A DNA stretch of 64,000 nucleotides from Octopus vulgaris (GCA_951406725.2 OX597835.1:19530001-19594000), one strand, 5' to 3'. Positions 25,711 to 40,384 are shown, counted from the first letter of the stretch. The notes: a model not told the origin generated them from the letters alone. Made by a program: numbers and translations.

Positions 25711-25905
25711 GAAAAAAATGTACCATTTTCAGGGAGTGGTACGTCGATTACTCCGATCCAATTCTCAGCTCGTGAATATTTTATCAACTCCAAAAATATT
25801 AAAGGTAAAGTCGACCTCTGAGGAAATTGTACTGAGAATGTAAAGGCGGACGAAATGTCGCTAACAATTTAACCGGTGCGATAAGGATTCTGCCAGTTCG
25901 ACGCC
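25711..25905 (-). mobile_element. Old SINE family A copy with 19-bp TSD
   Basis: aaaggtaaagtcgacctc core; attttatgtaaatatattg on both sides. Confidence 0.7.
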
Positions 25906-26348
25906 ATTTTATGTAAATATATTGAAATCCATTTTTAATATGTATTTTCCAAAATACTCTGTACTATTTTGAAAGTGTGGTAAACGATTAATATGATTTT
26001 AAAATAAAAAAAATACTTCTGCATAAATTCACAAAGATATAACAGTTTCTCACATTAAGCCTCTCGGGTTCCGGCGAACATCAGTTGTAAGAAGAAATCC
26101 TTTCGGATTATATATTTAGACTGTTCCTTATGTTTCATCTAGTTCCTCTTCTATTACGGATTTCTTCCCTTCTCATCTGTAAAATGCTTATTCTGTTCCT
26201 CGTTTTCTCGTCTCTTTCTCCTTTTTCTAACTTTCCTCCATCTTTAACTTCACTTCTTCTTTGCATAAGTTTTCTTTTCGTCATTTATACTCTTATTTTA
26301 CTTCAGCTACCCCGTTGTTCATTCTTCCTTCTCTTCTCTGATATCTGC

Positions 26349-26390
<42 letters not shown>

Positions 26391-26394
<4 letters not shown>

Positions 26395-26586
26395 AGAGTT
26401 TACGAAAAGAAAAGAAAGAGGAAGCTAGGTGGTGTACAAAACAAACAGATGTATTAATATAACGCTCAGGAATAGAAAAAGCCTTTTACGTTTCGAGCCT
26501 ACGCTCTTCTACAGAAAGTGACACAGAAAGAAACAAGGAGAGAAAAAAATGTGTGTAGTGGCTAACGATCTATCATGGCGACTGAT
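26391..26586 (-). mobile_element. Hammerhead mini-element, family X, between (TA)n tracts (ribozyme motif 26483-26518)
   Basis: Reverse complement cttt-CTGTAGAa-gagc-gtag-gctc-GAAA-cg-TA-aaag. Confidence 0.75.
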
Positions 26587-26857
26587 ATATATATATATAT
26601 ATATATATCTGCATATGTATATCATGTATTGTGATTTAAGCAGCACAGCAAATGTTATCTTCAAGTGAATATTCGCTGGATACTATCGATACCAGTAATT
26701 AGCTTGTAATAAATTTCCGGACCCTGGATAAGTGAAAGGTAACGATTACTTAAGTTGCTTTCGAAATCACATCGTAAAAATCCGGAGCAAACTGAACAAA
26801 AAGTTCCCTCGGTGTGGTAATGATCCCGTGCACGCACTGCCTTTCCCTATATATGTA

Positions 26858-27095
26858 GGGCGGCGAGCTGGCAGAATCGTTAGTACGCCGGGCGAAAAGC
26901 TTAGCGGAAATTCATCTGTCGTTACGTGCCGAGTTGAAATTCCGGCGAAGTCGACTTTGCCTTTCATCCTTTCGGGGTCGATTGAAGAAGTACCAGTTTA
27001 GGCACTGGGGTCGATGTTATCGACTTAAATCACTTTGTCTGGCCTTGTTTGTTCCCTCTATGTTCATCCCACTGTGGGCAACAAACAAGTAAATA
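26858..27095 (+). mobile_element. SINE family A
   Basis: ggcggcgagctggcagaatcgttag head, core and tail. Confidence 0.85.
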
Positions 27096-27301
27096 TATAT
27101 ATGCTGGCATTGCCCTTTAGCAACTTAAAGAAGGAACCATTCATTTTTAACGAAGTTACCACGTGTTATTCTGTTAAACCTTTGGTACATTTCTACTTGA
27201 AATAATATATCACTTGTTGGCGACCAAAGATCAAGTCTTAAGAAATGTACTGATTGTAGACCAACCGTAAGTGTCGGTGATAACTATACAACTTTGTTGA
27301 A

Positions 27302-27700
27302 GACGGTGAGCTGGCAGAGTTGATAGCACGCTTGACAAAATGCTTAGCGGTATTTCGTCTGCCGTTACGTTCTGAGTTCAAATTCCGCCGAGGTCGACTT
27401 TGCCTTTCATCCTTACGGGGTCGATAAATTAAAGTACCAGTTACGCACTGGGGTCGATGTAATCGACTTAATACCTATGTCTGTCCTTGTTTGTCCCTTC
27501 TATGTTTAGCCCCTTGTGGTAATAAAGAAATAGGTATTTTGCTTGTCGCTACGTTGTGAGCTCAAATTCCTCCGAGGTCTACTTTGCCTTTCATCCTTTC
27601 GGCGTGGATAAATTAAGTACCAGTAAAATACTGGGGTCGATGTAATCGATTATCCCCCTCTCCCAAATTTCAGGTTTTTTGCCTAGAGTAGGGATGATAA
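27302..27700 (+). mobile_element. SINE family A, dimeric
   Basis: Head, two core units and cccaaatttcagg..tgcctagagtag tail. Confidence 0.85.
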
Positions 27701-27934
27701 TTATTCAAGTTTGTGGCACGCTGATTTATTGTTTTTGAAATTAATGTGGAAATGGTGGAACTTTCTACAGATTTGAGTGACGTTAACGTTATTCTTAGCT
27801 GGTATCAACCTGACACTCAACAAGATAGAGCCTTTGAGCTGTATGTATAATCTACACAGAGGGAACGTGTGTGTGTGTGTGTGTGTGAGAGAGAGTGAGA
27901 GAGAGAGAGAGAGAGATTGAAAGAGATAAGATTG

Positions 27935-28245
27935 AGAAGAAGAAGAAGAAGAAGAAGAAGAAGAAGAAGAAGAAGAAGAAGAAGAAGAAGAAGAAGAAAA
28001 AGAAGGTAAAAGAAAAAGAAGGGGAAGAAGAAGAAGAGGAAGAAAAAGAAAAAGAGGAAGAAGAAAAAAGAAGAAAGAAGAAGACGAAGAAGAAGGGGAA
28101 GAAGAACAAGGAGAAAGAAGACGAAGAAGAAGAAGAAGAAGAAGTAGAAGAAGGAGAAGAAGAAGAAGAAGAAGAAGAAGAAGAAGAAGAAGAAGAAGAA
28201 GAACAAGGAGAAAGAAGACGAAGAAGAAGAAGAAGAAGAAGAAAA
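27935..28245. repeat. Degenerate (GAA)n polypurine tract
   Basis: Directly visible. Confidence 0.95.
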
Positions 28246-28495
28246 GGTGGGGGGGGGGAGACATGAAAGCCAGAGTGAGAAAAAAAAAAACGAAAAATGA
28301 ACACACAGGTGACCAAATTTGTACTTGTTCCTTACCAAATCCGAAATGTTGTACTTATGTACACCACGTATCTTTGTAATCGCAGATTCAGTTACGAAAT
28401 GCGTAGAGGAAAGACTTGCAGGGACATTTGTTTCTTTTGAATATAAACTGTGCGGAAGCACAACAAAATGATTGATGAATCTGTTATTGCGTAGT

Positions 28496-28838
28496 AAAGT
28501 AAAGACCCCCTTCGGTCACGACACTGACTATGGGATTGCACCTAGAAAGTTACCCTCCTAGACACAAGTCCGGGCAAGGTTGTTTATGGAAGACCAGCAG
28601 TCGCCCATGCATACCAGCCTCCCCTCTCCACGCCACCAGTGTTATCCAAGGGAAAGACAAAGGTCGATGCAGCTTGGCACCAGTGACGTCGCAACTCATT
28701 TCTACAGCTGAGTGAACTGGAGCAACGTGAAATAAAGTGCCTTGCTCAAGAACACAACACGCAGCCCGGTCCGGGATTTGAGCTCACAACCTCACGATCG
28801 TAAGCTCGATGCTCTAACCACTGAGTCATGCGCCTTCC
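28496..28838 (-). mobile_element. tRNA-derived CORE-type SINE (family D)
   Basis: Reverse complement ggaaggcgcatgactcagtggttagagc head, tgtgttcttgagcaaggcactttatttcacgttgctccagttcactcagctg core, ctttact tail; flanked by cgtagta repeats. Confidence 0.8.
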
Positions 28839-31800
28839 GTAGTAGACTTAATATATCAGCTGTTATAACCACTTCCGCTCCACACATGACATGTCGTTCT
28901 TTTGTACAGTCTCATTTGTTTTTTTTACGTCAACACTGCTTGGAACTCTCCAAGCTATTCGTTGGTCTCTCAATAACTTTTCTTTCTACAATCTCAACCA
29001 GAATTTCGAGTTACTGAAAATGTTCACAGAACTTGTCGCTCCGTCTGTGAATAGTCTAAAGGAAAAAAAAAAGAATCAATCTGAAAGATGTATAGAGTTG
29101 CGGCAAAATTAAATAATGTCATCTTGTATATAATTACTTGATTTATTGAGAGGTTTATCACATGATTTATTTATTGACCGAAATATCAACATTTCAGCAT
29201 AGCAAAAAGAAAACAAAAAAGGAAATCTAGTTACAAGAGACTTATTTCTGTCTGTTACTTGCCTTTATCATCCGTATGTCTCTTCTACGCAGTGTCTCAG
29301 CAGTGAATGTCAATAAAACACACAAACACACATCCATGCCTGTATGTGTTTACAGAGAGAGAGAGAAAAAAAAAAAGAGAGAGGGACAGACAAACAAATA
29401 AACACAGAAACAGAAAGAGAGAGAGAGAGAGAGAGAGAGTCTAGAGCAGAGAGCACCAAAGAATATAGAGAATAATAAATTATTTCTTAGAACTTAGTGT
29501 TTTGTAATTAATTAAGAATAGAAAAGAATATATTCTTGCCAGGAAAACTGTTTGATTTTCTGTTGAATTCCACAGGGAGTGATTTATCTTAGCGCAAACC
29601 CACTGTAGTGTCTTAGATCTTCACAACAAAAGCTGTGATTAGTATTTTTAATAAAATACTTTAAGATGGACCGCTGCATTTCTTAGCATCCCTAAGAAGT
29701 TGGAAGTTTATTTTTATCTTTATCCATTAAGATAGCGACCTAATCAACAACAACAACAACAATATAAGATTATATTCACTCCCACAAGGTAGGTTGTAGA
29801 TAGTTTCAAATGAAATATACTTATCTCTTCCGCATATGAACACATGCAAATACAGACATACAACACAGCGTTACACCGCAATATTTAGTGGCTATTTCAG
29901 CAATGAGATCGTGGCTGCTTAATGGGTCAGTAGGCGCTGATGAGGGATCAAAAATTCCGGAAATATATATATACATCAATTACCTATCTTCCCTTCTTCG
30001 ATTATATTGTCTGCATTAGACATTTTCAGATCTAAAATGTCATAAATTAGTGCTGGCTATAATTTCTATACAAAATCTGCTGAGATATCTCTAAGAAGGG
30101 AGTTATATGTACATATGCATACATATATAATTGTTTTTTCCAGAATGAGATAAAAAAACAAGACTCTGAAGATTTTAGAACATTCATAAATAGGTTTTAC
30201 AAATGTTTCCAGGATATTTATTATATCCCTTCCTCGGAGAATGTGTGAGAAAATGCTTCATCAAGAGTTAATTTAGATAAGATACGAAATAGAGAGTAAA
30301 GTGGAGAAATGAAAGTAGATGTGAGATCTGCAGGGATATTGCATTTGTAGATCCATTATTTACATATATAAGTGTGTGTGTGTGTGCATGCATGGATATA
30401 TAAACTACACTGTACAAGTGCAATTGAAAGAAAAATCAGAGAAAAGAGCTATATTGATAAATACCAACCCAAGCTGAATAAACAATATTTCTGCTGCGAC
30501 GACCACAGCCACTAACAACAACAACAACAATACTAAAGGTGCTCATTATGATGATAGAAAAATATTAGTGAAGTCCAAAGAAAAGTCACTAAAAATTATC
30601 TTATTTTGGGGTTCAAAGTTCCATTACCACAGCAGCTCCTACTACCATCACTACCACCACCACCACCACCACCACCACCACCACCACCACCAATAACAGT
30701 AAATGAGATAATAGGGAAATAATAATTTCTGCTTTGGCCAAGGTCAAGATATAGGTCTCCTAACCTGTTCAACAATCCATGACGCCTAAACCAAACAGCA
30801 ATCAACTTAAGTAATTTAGTAAAATCACACAGCGATTGGTCAGAATACAGTTTGCAAAAATTGACATTCTGGAATCTATACAAATGTATTTCAGGCTCAC
30901 AGTTTAGCCATCTCACCACAGTTGTAAATTGTAAAGCATAGCTCTCACGGCTACTATATAAACCTTAAGATTGCATAGTTTAATGCATGAAAGTACTGGT
31001 TCAATCAGAATGGACATTTTATATTCTCTCATTTCGTTATATTATATCATATTATATCATATTTATTATTTTATATTATATATATTGTATTTATAAGATT
31101 GTAAATAAAACGTGAAAAATAATAAATATACTCTTGTATACACAATCATACACACCTGTGTGTTGTATACATATATATACATACACACACACAAACATGC
31201 ACACACACACATATATCCAACAGCAATACATAACTGATACATACAATATTCGTTCTCCAACTTCCTCTTGGAATTAAGCTCACTATATCTTTCCAGTTTA
31301 AATTATAAGCACCTGTCAACAATCTGTTACGTCAAATGTCGGTTAGAAATACACACATACACACACACAGATAAACACAAACACACATACAAACACACGC
31401 GCACACAAATGCACACATACAACTTTCACCCATATTTCTATCTATGTATCAGTCTGTCTGTCTCTCTATCTATCAGTAAATTTATCTATTTATCTGTCTA
31501 TCTTTCTACCTGTTTCTCTGTCTGTTACATACATTTAAAAATTCTATCTAACTTTATATATACATGTCTATATTATTCAGTTCCTTTGCTTCAGGTGGAT
31601 ATACCTCTAGTTAATGACACCACATACTGGGAAACTTCACTCAAATATGTTTTTCAAATAAGCTCCACAATGCTTAAATAATGTTTATGAAAATAATTTT
31701 AAGTTGAGAAGAAATATTTGTTTGCATTTTTGCGGAAGATCACCGTAATGAGTCTTTACATAGCTGTCGGGGGTATCATTTCGCGAATCTTCTCTGCATG

Positions 31801-31971
31801 TTGTCTATCACAATTAAGCATTCTTGGAGAACGAAGTGGAGTGATGATTAATTCAAAGTTTTAAAATATGAACGTTTACGACATAATATTCCTCGTCACA
31901 TCGACATCATATTACTTGTCCCCACGACATAATATATTGATAGTTTGGGAGATAGACGAACAGACAGATTC

Positions 31972-32181
31972 TTTTCTACAACAGGCACAAGGCCCGAAAT
32001 TTTGGGGGAGGAAGCCAGTCGATTATATCGACCTCAATGCGTAACTGGTACTTATTTAATCGATCCCGAAAGGAAGAAAGGCAAAGTCGACCTCGGCGGA
32101 ATTTGAACTCAGAACGTAGCAGCAGACGAAATACCGCTAATCATTTCTCCCGGTGTGCTAACGTTTCTGCCAGCTCGCCGA
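31972..32181 (-). mobile_element. SINE family A, monomer with TSD aacagacagatt
   Basis: Reverse-complemented head, core and tail. Confidence 0.85.
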
Positions 32182-32340
32182 CTTAACAGACAGATTTTTA
32201 AGATAGACAGAGACAGATAGACAGACAGACAGACAGATATGTAGAGAGGTAGATACATTTATAGAGAGACAAACAGGCACAAAGAAAAGTAGAAATATGG
32301 GTGTGAGAGTTGTGTGTGTGTTTGTGTGTGTGCGTGTGTG

Positions 32341-32391
<51 letters not shown>

Positions 32392-32503
32392 TTGTGTGTG
32401 TGTGTGTGTGTGTCCTGCGTGCGTTTACGTTTTTATGATAGTTTGACAGGTATGTATAATTGAAACTGGAAACAATAAATTATACGATTAGGACAGGAAA
32501 TAA

Positions 32504-32922
32504 GGCGGCGGCGAGCTGGCAGAAACGTTAGCACGCCGGGCAAAATGCGTAGCTGTATTTCGTCTGCCGTTACGTTCTGGGTTCAAATTCCGCCGAGGTC
32601 GACTTTGCTTTTCATCCTTTCGGGGTCGATTAAATAAATAGCAGTTACGCACTGGGGTCGATGTAATCGACCTAATACCTATGTATGTCCTTGTTTGTCC
32701 CCTCTGTGTTTAGCCCCTTGTGGGTAATAAAAGAAATACGTTTTTCTTCTGCCGTGACGTTATAGGTTCAAATTCCGCCGAGGTCGAATTTGCTTTTCAT
32801 CCTTTCGGGGTCGATAATTTAAGTACCATTTACGCACTGGGGTCGATGTAACCGACTGAATCCGTTTGTCTGTCTTTGTTTGTCCGCTCTGTGTTTAGCC
32901 CCTTGTGGGTAGTAAAGAAATA
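32504..32922 (+). mobile_element. SINE family A, dimer with 19-bp TSD
   Basis: tatacgattaggacaggaa at 32481-32499 and 32923-32941. Confidence 0.9.
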
Positions 32923-33887
32923 TATACGATTAGGACAGGAATGACCATTCACAAAACTGGAAGGTAATAAAGTAATAGTACGGATAATGTTACATAACAC
33001 TGCGAATAGCATTGCTGCTTTGATTAACCGACTGACAAATACAGCCTCGCTCGACCTTGTTTAAATGTCTGTCGTACTTCTGCAGAATTAAGAAAATATG
33101 TCTTATGTTTCTCAATTATTCCTTGATCAGCGCTGGCCGGTGGCTAATTCGTTTCTTCACCTCCCGTGCATCAATTGATTAACTGAGCCATCGTACGCAC
33201 TTAAATGAGGTCGCACAGCTTGCTAGAAAAAGTTGTTAAATTCTGTGAAGTCATCTTTTGTTTCAGAAGGTGAAAATTTGAATACCGTTTTTGCATTCCC
33301 TACCCTACAGGGCAGATTGGAATAGTTACGGCTGTGATAACTTTGATAATTCTCCCTCGGGATCAGAGATATATGTGAGCTTCACATCAAAAGCTTAAAT
33401 GTGTGATCTACTCAGACGAAGGAATTTCATGTGGAGGGCGTGTCAGGGGATATAACTTGAAGATATGTCAACCACATGATATCTCGTTTGAAATATCGAG
33501 TAAGATAATTTTCTATTCAACAAATAGCTTTTACTCAACAAATGAAACTGCTTAAAACAGCAAAATATCTGCCTTAATTCACACCTTGCCATATCTCATG
33601 AATCTAATTTCCAAAGGTATATTTCTTACAGAAAAAAAAATCAAACAAAAACAAAATGGGTGGATTTATGAACACTTTTTGTATTTTCGATCCGATTGGC
33701 AATATAACTTTCACCAATGCGTCAGCAGCGGAAATATGCGACTGAGGAAGTGACGCAAATTGGCGCATGTATTTTATTGGGAGGGAAGGTTCACCTGAAG
33801 ACTGGTTTAATACCAACTGTTGATCCTAGACGGTTTTGACGGAGTCTAGGCAGTGAGCCATGATTCAAGCCCTCCTCCGCTTAGAGA

Positions 33888-33952
<65 letters not shown>

Positions 33953-34164
33953 AGGATGCATTTCCTCATGCATTTTGTAAGACATAAAAACGTACACTCA
34001 CGAAGGATACACACAAACACATACAGAAAAACAGAGAAACACACTCAACCACACTAAAACAGGAATGGAAACCTACTTGCTGATGTCTACTGTCAGAAAT
34101 CACACACACCTTGAACATACAGACGGAAATGACACATACGGGATTCAAGCCTCCTCTCCTTAAC

Positions 34165-34660
34165 TCCTCAAAGACATACATCATCTCGAAAGAGTCCAGA
34201 AGCTGGCTACCCGCATGGTTCTTGTTCTCAAGCATTTGTCTTATGAAGAAAGGTTGAAGACGCTCGACCTTTATTCTCTAGAAAAACGACGATGCCGTGG
34301 TGATCTCATTCTTGCTCACAACATCGTAAGCGGAAAGTGTAACCTCTCGAAAGAGCTGTTTTTCACTCCTGCTCCGGAGCGTGGGCTGCGGGGTCACTCC
34401 GAAAAGCTCTATCTGCGACGATTTCATCTCAATCGAAGGAGAGGGGCTTTCTCCGTTCGGGTTGCGGATCCGTGGAATAAGCTGGCGGACGAGATATTGA
34501 AGATGCCGACGACCGCTCGGTTCAAAGTCTCTCTTGAACAGAAATGGCCAGAACTCTTTGCATGAACATCCTCCCTGTACATAACTCCATGTCCCCCTAC
34601 ATGGCCTTGCTTTTTGCTTTTTGAGCCAAAAAATTAACTTAACTTAACTTAACGTAACTA
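34165..34660 (+). mobile_element. CR1-clade LINE 3' end (ORF2 C-terminus, 3' UTR, (aactt)n tail)
   Basis: LKDIHHLERVQKLATRMV..LSYEERLKTLDLYSLEKRRCRGDLI..LRGHSEKL..FSVRVADPWNKL; ORF 34215-34565; tandem pentamer tail. Confidence 0.9.
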
Positions 34661-34762
34661 TAAGTTGGGGTTAAATGCATAAAAAAACCGTTTTGGAACG
34701 CCCCATTCACATAAAACGATGCACAAACACACATACACATACTCTTTTTCTCTCTCTCTTTC

Positions 34763-34803
<41 letters not shown>

Positions 34804-35413
34804 GTCACACATACATATATACCCAGTCGTTTAAACTGAAACATTTCGACACTGGTATACTTCTATCTCAGCCAAATACATTTCATTATTCAATTGAAGC
34901 ATTCATCCCATTGTAATTCTGTAGAAATGGTACTTAAATCTCTTTTGTAGTCCGTTTTGTTGGCCACACAGTTATCCTATCATGCTACTAAACCCATCAC
35001 CTCCGAATCATCATCAAAAAGAAATGGCGCTTCGCTTTTTCGTTTGCTGCTGGCCAACATAGCTTCAAAACCATTGAAGCGTTGTTAACTTGTATGTCTC
35101 TATACATATTTCAGATCGTATATTTTCTGTGTGTATTTGTAATTGTAAATGCCTATATGCAACTACGTATGTTCTGTCTGTGTGTGACCGGAGTATTCAT
35201 AGCACAAAAGAAACACATTTACTCCAACCAAGACAAATGTAATAAGAGATCGACAACAAATATGTATATATTGATAATCTTTTATTAATCTGGTTTACAC
35301 TTAGCACTTCCATCTTCTATAATACTAAAATCTATAAACTTACTTCTGAAGCACATTTTGTTAAATGTTTTGAAATAAAAAAAAACCCCACAAACAAACC
35401 AATCTGTAGGGAT

Positions 35414-35469
<56 letters not shown>

Positions 35470-35523
35470 CTTGCATGCATAGATATATATATAAATATAA
35501 ATATATATATGTCTAAATACATG

Positions 35524-35586
<63 letters not shown>

Positions 35587-36132
35587 GCTCACACACATAT
35601 GGATATATGTGTATTTATCTATATATCTTTATGTGTGTGTGTGTGTGTGATTGTGTGTATGAATATCTGTATGTATAACAGAATCGACGTAAAGATAATG
35701 GAAACACGACTAAAATTGAAACATCTACCGTTCCGTCATACAGACCTTACCATTATAAAGACGAGTATCGAAACTATAAGCAGTACAAGCTTTAGTTATA
35801 ACGCTCAATAAACCAGAATTATCAGTGCCACTATTAGCATCATCATCAGCAGCATTTTTAGCGTAAATTCCTGTAGCAACAATCACCGCATCATCATCAT
35901 CATCGTCATCATCAACGTCATCGTCATCATTTGACGCACGCAATCCCAGACACATCCTTCTTGTGGAGGCAAAGGTTGTCAAATAATTTGTTTCCCTCTC
36001 CCATTTTCTTCCCGTTATTAACAATTTATTGTCAAATAAACGAAACGCGAACAGTAAATTGCCGATAGTTTAAACTTCCTAAGTTTGAAGTCTAACAGGA
36101 AATTCTTCTTCCTTTTCTTTTCCTTTGGCCGG

Positions 36133-36175
<43 letters not shown>

Positions 36176-36212
36176 CAACAGGCACACATGGACATATATG
36201 TATACATGCATG

Positions 36213-36395
36213 CATTTCGTCTGTCGCTACGTCCTGAGTTCAAATTCCGCCGAGGTCGACTTTGCCTTTCATCCTTTCGGGGTCGATTAAATAAGTACCA
36301 GTTACGCACTGGGGTCGATATAATCGACTTAATCTGTTTCTCTGTCCTTGTTCGTCCCCCTCTGTGTTTAGCCCCTTGTGGGTAGTAAAGAAATA
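36213..36395 (+). mobile_element. SINE family A, 5'-truncated
   Basis: Core and tail match family A. Confidence 0.85.
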
Positions 36396-36791
36396 GTATA
36401 CATACATGCATATGGAGAGAAAAAAAAATTGCTATCGGCGCTTAGTCCATTTTCTCTTATTTACCGACTTTGCCGAGCTGAAAGAATAAAAGGATTAGAA
36501 TACAAAAAAATATCATGTGTACCGATATATATATAAATATATAAGTGTGTGTGTATTTATATATATGCATATATGTGTATATGATAGTATAAATGTATGC
36601 ATGTGTATATATTTATATATGGATGTAGTGTGCGAACAAAGTGGAAACGAGAACAGTCGATTGTGAAAGTAATGTTGTAAGATAAATAACTTTTCGTTAC
36701 GGAAAACATATACACTGACGCATGCGTGCATGCACTCACATAGATACATACACACAAACACACGAACACAGATACATGTAGATAGATATTC

Positions 36792-36830
<39 letters not shown>

Positions 36831-36879
36831 TATACATATGTATATATATATATGTATATATATATATATGTATATATAC

Positions 36880-36963
<84 letters not shown>

Positions 36964-37613
36964 TTATATGCTTCAGGCAAAATCTCTTAAAAACTCGACT
37001 ACACAGAAACATGCGTACAAGCACAAAATATCAAACATACTCCCACAACCCCACCTCCACACACAAACGTGCTTTTGATGTGTTTGTCTATCTGTATACT
37101 TGCGTGTATGTATGTTTGTGTGTTCGTATATGTATGAATGTATGCATGTATGTATGTATGCATGTATGTATGTATGTATGTATGTATGTATGTATGTATG
37201 TTTGTATGTGTGTATGTATGTGCGTATATGTATGTATGTATGTTTCTGTGTTTGTATATGTATGTATGTATGTATGTATGTGTGTGCTGTATGGAATTCC
37301 TTGTGGTTCTATTCTTCACCATAAAATGAAATGAAAAGTTTTCCTGTTTCACTGCTTTATGACCCCTCTTTGTATCGCTTTCTTCTTCTCGATTCTGAAA
37401 GTCCTCATTGGGTATTGCTAGGGCAGGTCTGTCACAATGACCATTGTACTAAAGGTGAAGTATGAAATCAGATACAATTGTATCATTCGTATTTCATCAT
37501 AATAAATATCATGTTTCTATGTATGTTTAGTTAATAGTGTTTGATGCATGGGTCAGTTTATAACTTTGTACTGGATATTAGGAAATTCTATAGTATGAAG
37601 CATTATAGTAACT

Positions 37614-37727
<114 letters not shown>

Positions 37728-38084
37728 CGGCAGGTGGCTCGCAACCTGTGTACGCTCAACAAGAGAACCGATGCGAAACTCCAATACTAACTGTTACATC
37801 AAAGAACGACACTCAACGAAAGCAACAACAATAGTCACAGCGTCGGCAACGACAACAACGCGAATGGCTACGGAACCAACACCAAGACAAGTAACTCTAA
37901 CACCAAAACAACTGTTTGTAAACTTCTATACTATTAACAATGAAATAAAGCATTATAGATTACATGAAAGACTATCACTAATGTCGGCTATAATGCAATA
38001 GTAACGTTAATACGAATGGTGATACCCTTTATACTATAGCCCATACTACTTGCAACAGCAAGGATATCTTCCGCAGTAATTCTT

Positions 38085-38720
38085 TCTATTATAGGCAGAA
38101 GGGTTGGAAATTTTGGTGGGCGTAATTCTATTAGGTGGAACCCATTGCCCGACTGGATAATATTGTATCGATTTCGAAGCGATGAAAGACAGAGTCGACC
38201 ACGGTGTTATTAGAACCCAGAACGTAAATTTAGAGAAAATGCAGCTAAGCATGTTTTCAGGTAAGTTAACGATTCTGCCAGTTCGATGTCTTACTGACGT
38301 TTTCGAATTTTGGTAGACGACCAACAATTTTGGATGAGGGAGCAGTCGACTATATTGCCCCCGGTTTTCGACAGGTACTTATGATATCGGCTCCGAAATG
38401 TTGAAAGGCAAAGTCGACATCTGTGGAATTGGTATTTACGACAAACGAAAATACTGCTAAGCATTTTATCCGTCGTGCTAACGCTTCTGCCTGCTGACCA
38501 CCTCAATAATGATAATAATCTTTTTTCTGCTATTGGCACTAAGCCTGAAATTTTATTGGAGGTGTAAGTCGATTGCATCGACCCCTGTGCACATCTGGTA
38601 CGTTTTTTTTTATTGACTGCGAAGGAAGGTAAGATAGGATGACCACGGCAGAATCTAATCTCAGAACGACAGAACGAAGAAATACTGCTAAGCATTTTAT
38701 CCGTCGTGCTAACGCTTCCG
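38085..38720 (-). mobile_element. Three tandem old SINE-A-related units
   Basis: Repeated aaatactgctaagcattttatccgtcgtgctaacgcttc and degenerate gtcgac cores. Confidence 0.65.
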
Positions 38721-38825
38721 AAAGATCGCTGACCACCTCAATAATGATAACAATAATACTAATACTACAAATACTTATCCAACTTCTAATAATAATAATA
38801 ACAGTAGTAGTTGTAGTAGTAATAA

Positions 38826-39057
38826 TTATTTCTTTACTACCCACATAGGGGCTAAACATAGAGGGGACAAACAAGGACAGACAAACGGATTAAGTCGATT
38901 ACATCGACCCCAGTGCGAAACTGGTACTTTATTTATCGACCCCGAGAGGATGAAAGGCAAAGTCGACCTCGGCGGAATTTGAACTCAGAACGTAACGACA
39001 GACGAAATACCGCTAAGCATTTCGCCTGGCGCGCTAACGTTTCTGCCAGCTCGCCGA
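38826..39057 (-). mobile_element. SINE family A with TSD tagttgtagtagtaataat
   Basis: Near-consensus copy; direct repeat on both sides. Confidence 0.9.
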
Positions 39058-39600
39058 CTAGTTGTAGTAGTAATAATGCCATCATGCAGTACCTGGCAGT
39101 GGCTCTCATGATGGACTGAGGCCGTACCAGGCAGTGAGTTCAAGTTCCTCACTTCCTGGCATGTAGTGTTCTAGATCAAAACCCTTCATTTCATGTTGTT
39201 CTTGTAGCGACGCAATGTTTCCTCCGAGTGTTTCCTCCGACTAAATATGTCACGGCAGGATTTGCACACTGACCTTGTAAGCCATCACCAGCAACGACTC
39301 CCGAATGGAGACTCATGTGCTGGATCCCTGTCGCTCAAGTGTAGAAAAGGTGCCATTCGTCAGGTGAATGCAGCAACGCGCCTTTATAGCGCATACACTT
39401 ATACTACAACCACCATATTTTTTTTTACCCTTGAACGTCGGATATATGATATATCGAAACAGGAGGAAAGAAAGTATTTACACGATGCGCTACTATTACT
39501 ATTACACGAGACTCAACGCTCTGTATCAACGGCTCACAGTGAACTGCTTACCAAACCGAAGTGCCAATCGGTCACATTTCTTTACTTTATAATAATGAGT

Positions 39601-39983
39601 GTGGAGGCGCAATGGCCCAGTGGTTAGGGCAGCGGACTCGCGGTCGTAGAATCGCGGTTTCGATTCCCAGACCGGGCGTTGTGAGTGTTTATTGAGCGAA
39701 AACACCTAAAGCTCCACGAGGCTCCGGCAGGGGATGGTGGTGATCCCTGCTGTACTCATTCACCACAACTTTCTCTCACACTTACTTCCTGATTCTGTTG
39801 TACCTGTATTTCAAAGGGCCGGCCTTGTCACTCTCTGTGTGACGCTGAATATCCCCGAGAACTACGTTAAGGGTACACGTGTCTGTGGAGTGCTCAGCCA
39901 CTTACACGTTAATTTCACGAGCAGGCTGTTCCGTTGATCGGATCAACTGGAACCCTCGGCGTCGTAACCGACGGAGTGCTTCC
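39601..39983 (+). mobile_element. SINE family C (tRNA-like head, possibly OR1/OR2-type), full length
   Basis: A box tggcccagtgg and B box gtttcgattcc; TSD aataatgagt (39591-39600 and 39984-39993); twin copy at 52637. Confidence 0.9.
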
Positions 39984-40111
39984 AATAATGAGTCTGTCCA
40001 CCTTTAGTCACTCGGTGAGAGAAGCAAAATCCTTCCACAACCATATTCCTTAAATATTGTAAACAAACTTTACGACCAGGATCAGGATGTTTTTAATCGT
40101 GATCTATTGTT

Positions 40112-40384
40112 TTATTTCTTTATTGCTCACAAGGGGCTAAACATAGAGGAGACAAACAAGGACAGACAAAGGGATTAATTCGATGACATCGACCCCATTT
40201 CAACTGATACTTACTTAATCGACGCCGAAAGAATGAAAGTCAAACTCGACCTCGACAGAATTTGAACTCTGAACGTAGCGGCAGACGAAATACCTATTTC
40301 TTTACTGCCCACAAGGGGCTACACACAGAGGGGTGAAACAAGGACAGATAAACGGATTAAGTTGATTCTGCAAGCTCGCTGCCT
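40112..40384 (-). mobile_element. SINE family A, rearranged dimer
   Basis: Two cacaaggggcta tails and one core. Confidence 0.75.

Noticed and set aside
29935-29975. ctgatga-ggga..ttcc-ggaaa hammerhead-like core
   Set aside because: No stem III or stem I partner; it runs into TA repeats, so at best a fragment.
33792-33850. ctgaaga-ctggt..acca and cctagac/gtctagg hairpins
   Set aside because: GAAA and a cleavage site are missing; insufficient for a ribozyme call.
39734-39937. Near-identical 67-aa ORFs at 39734 and 52771, and recurring MSSNARG.. ORFs
   Set aside because: They lie within SINE copies; the identity reflects repeat homology.
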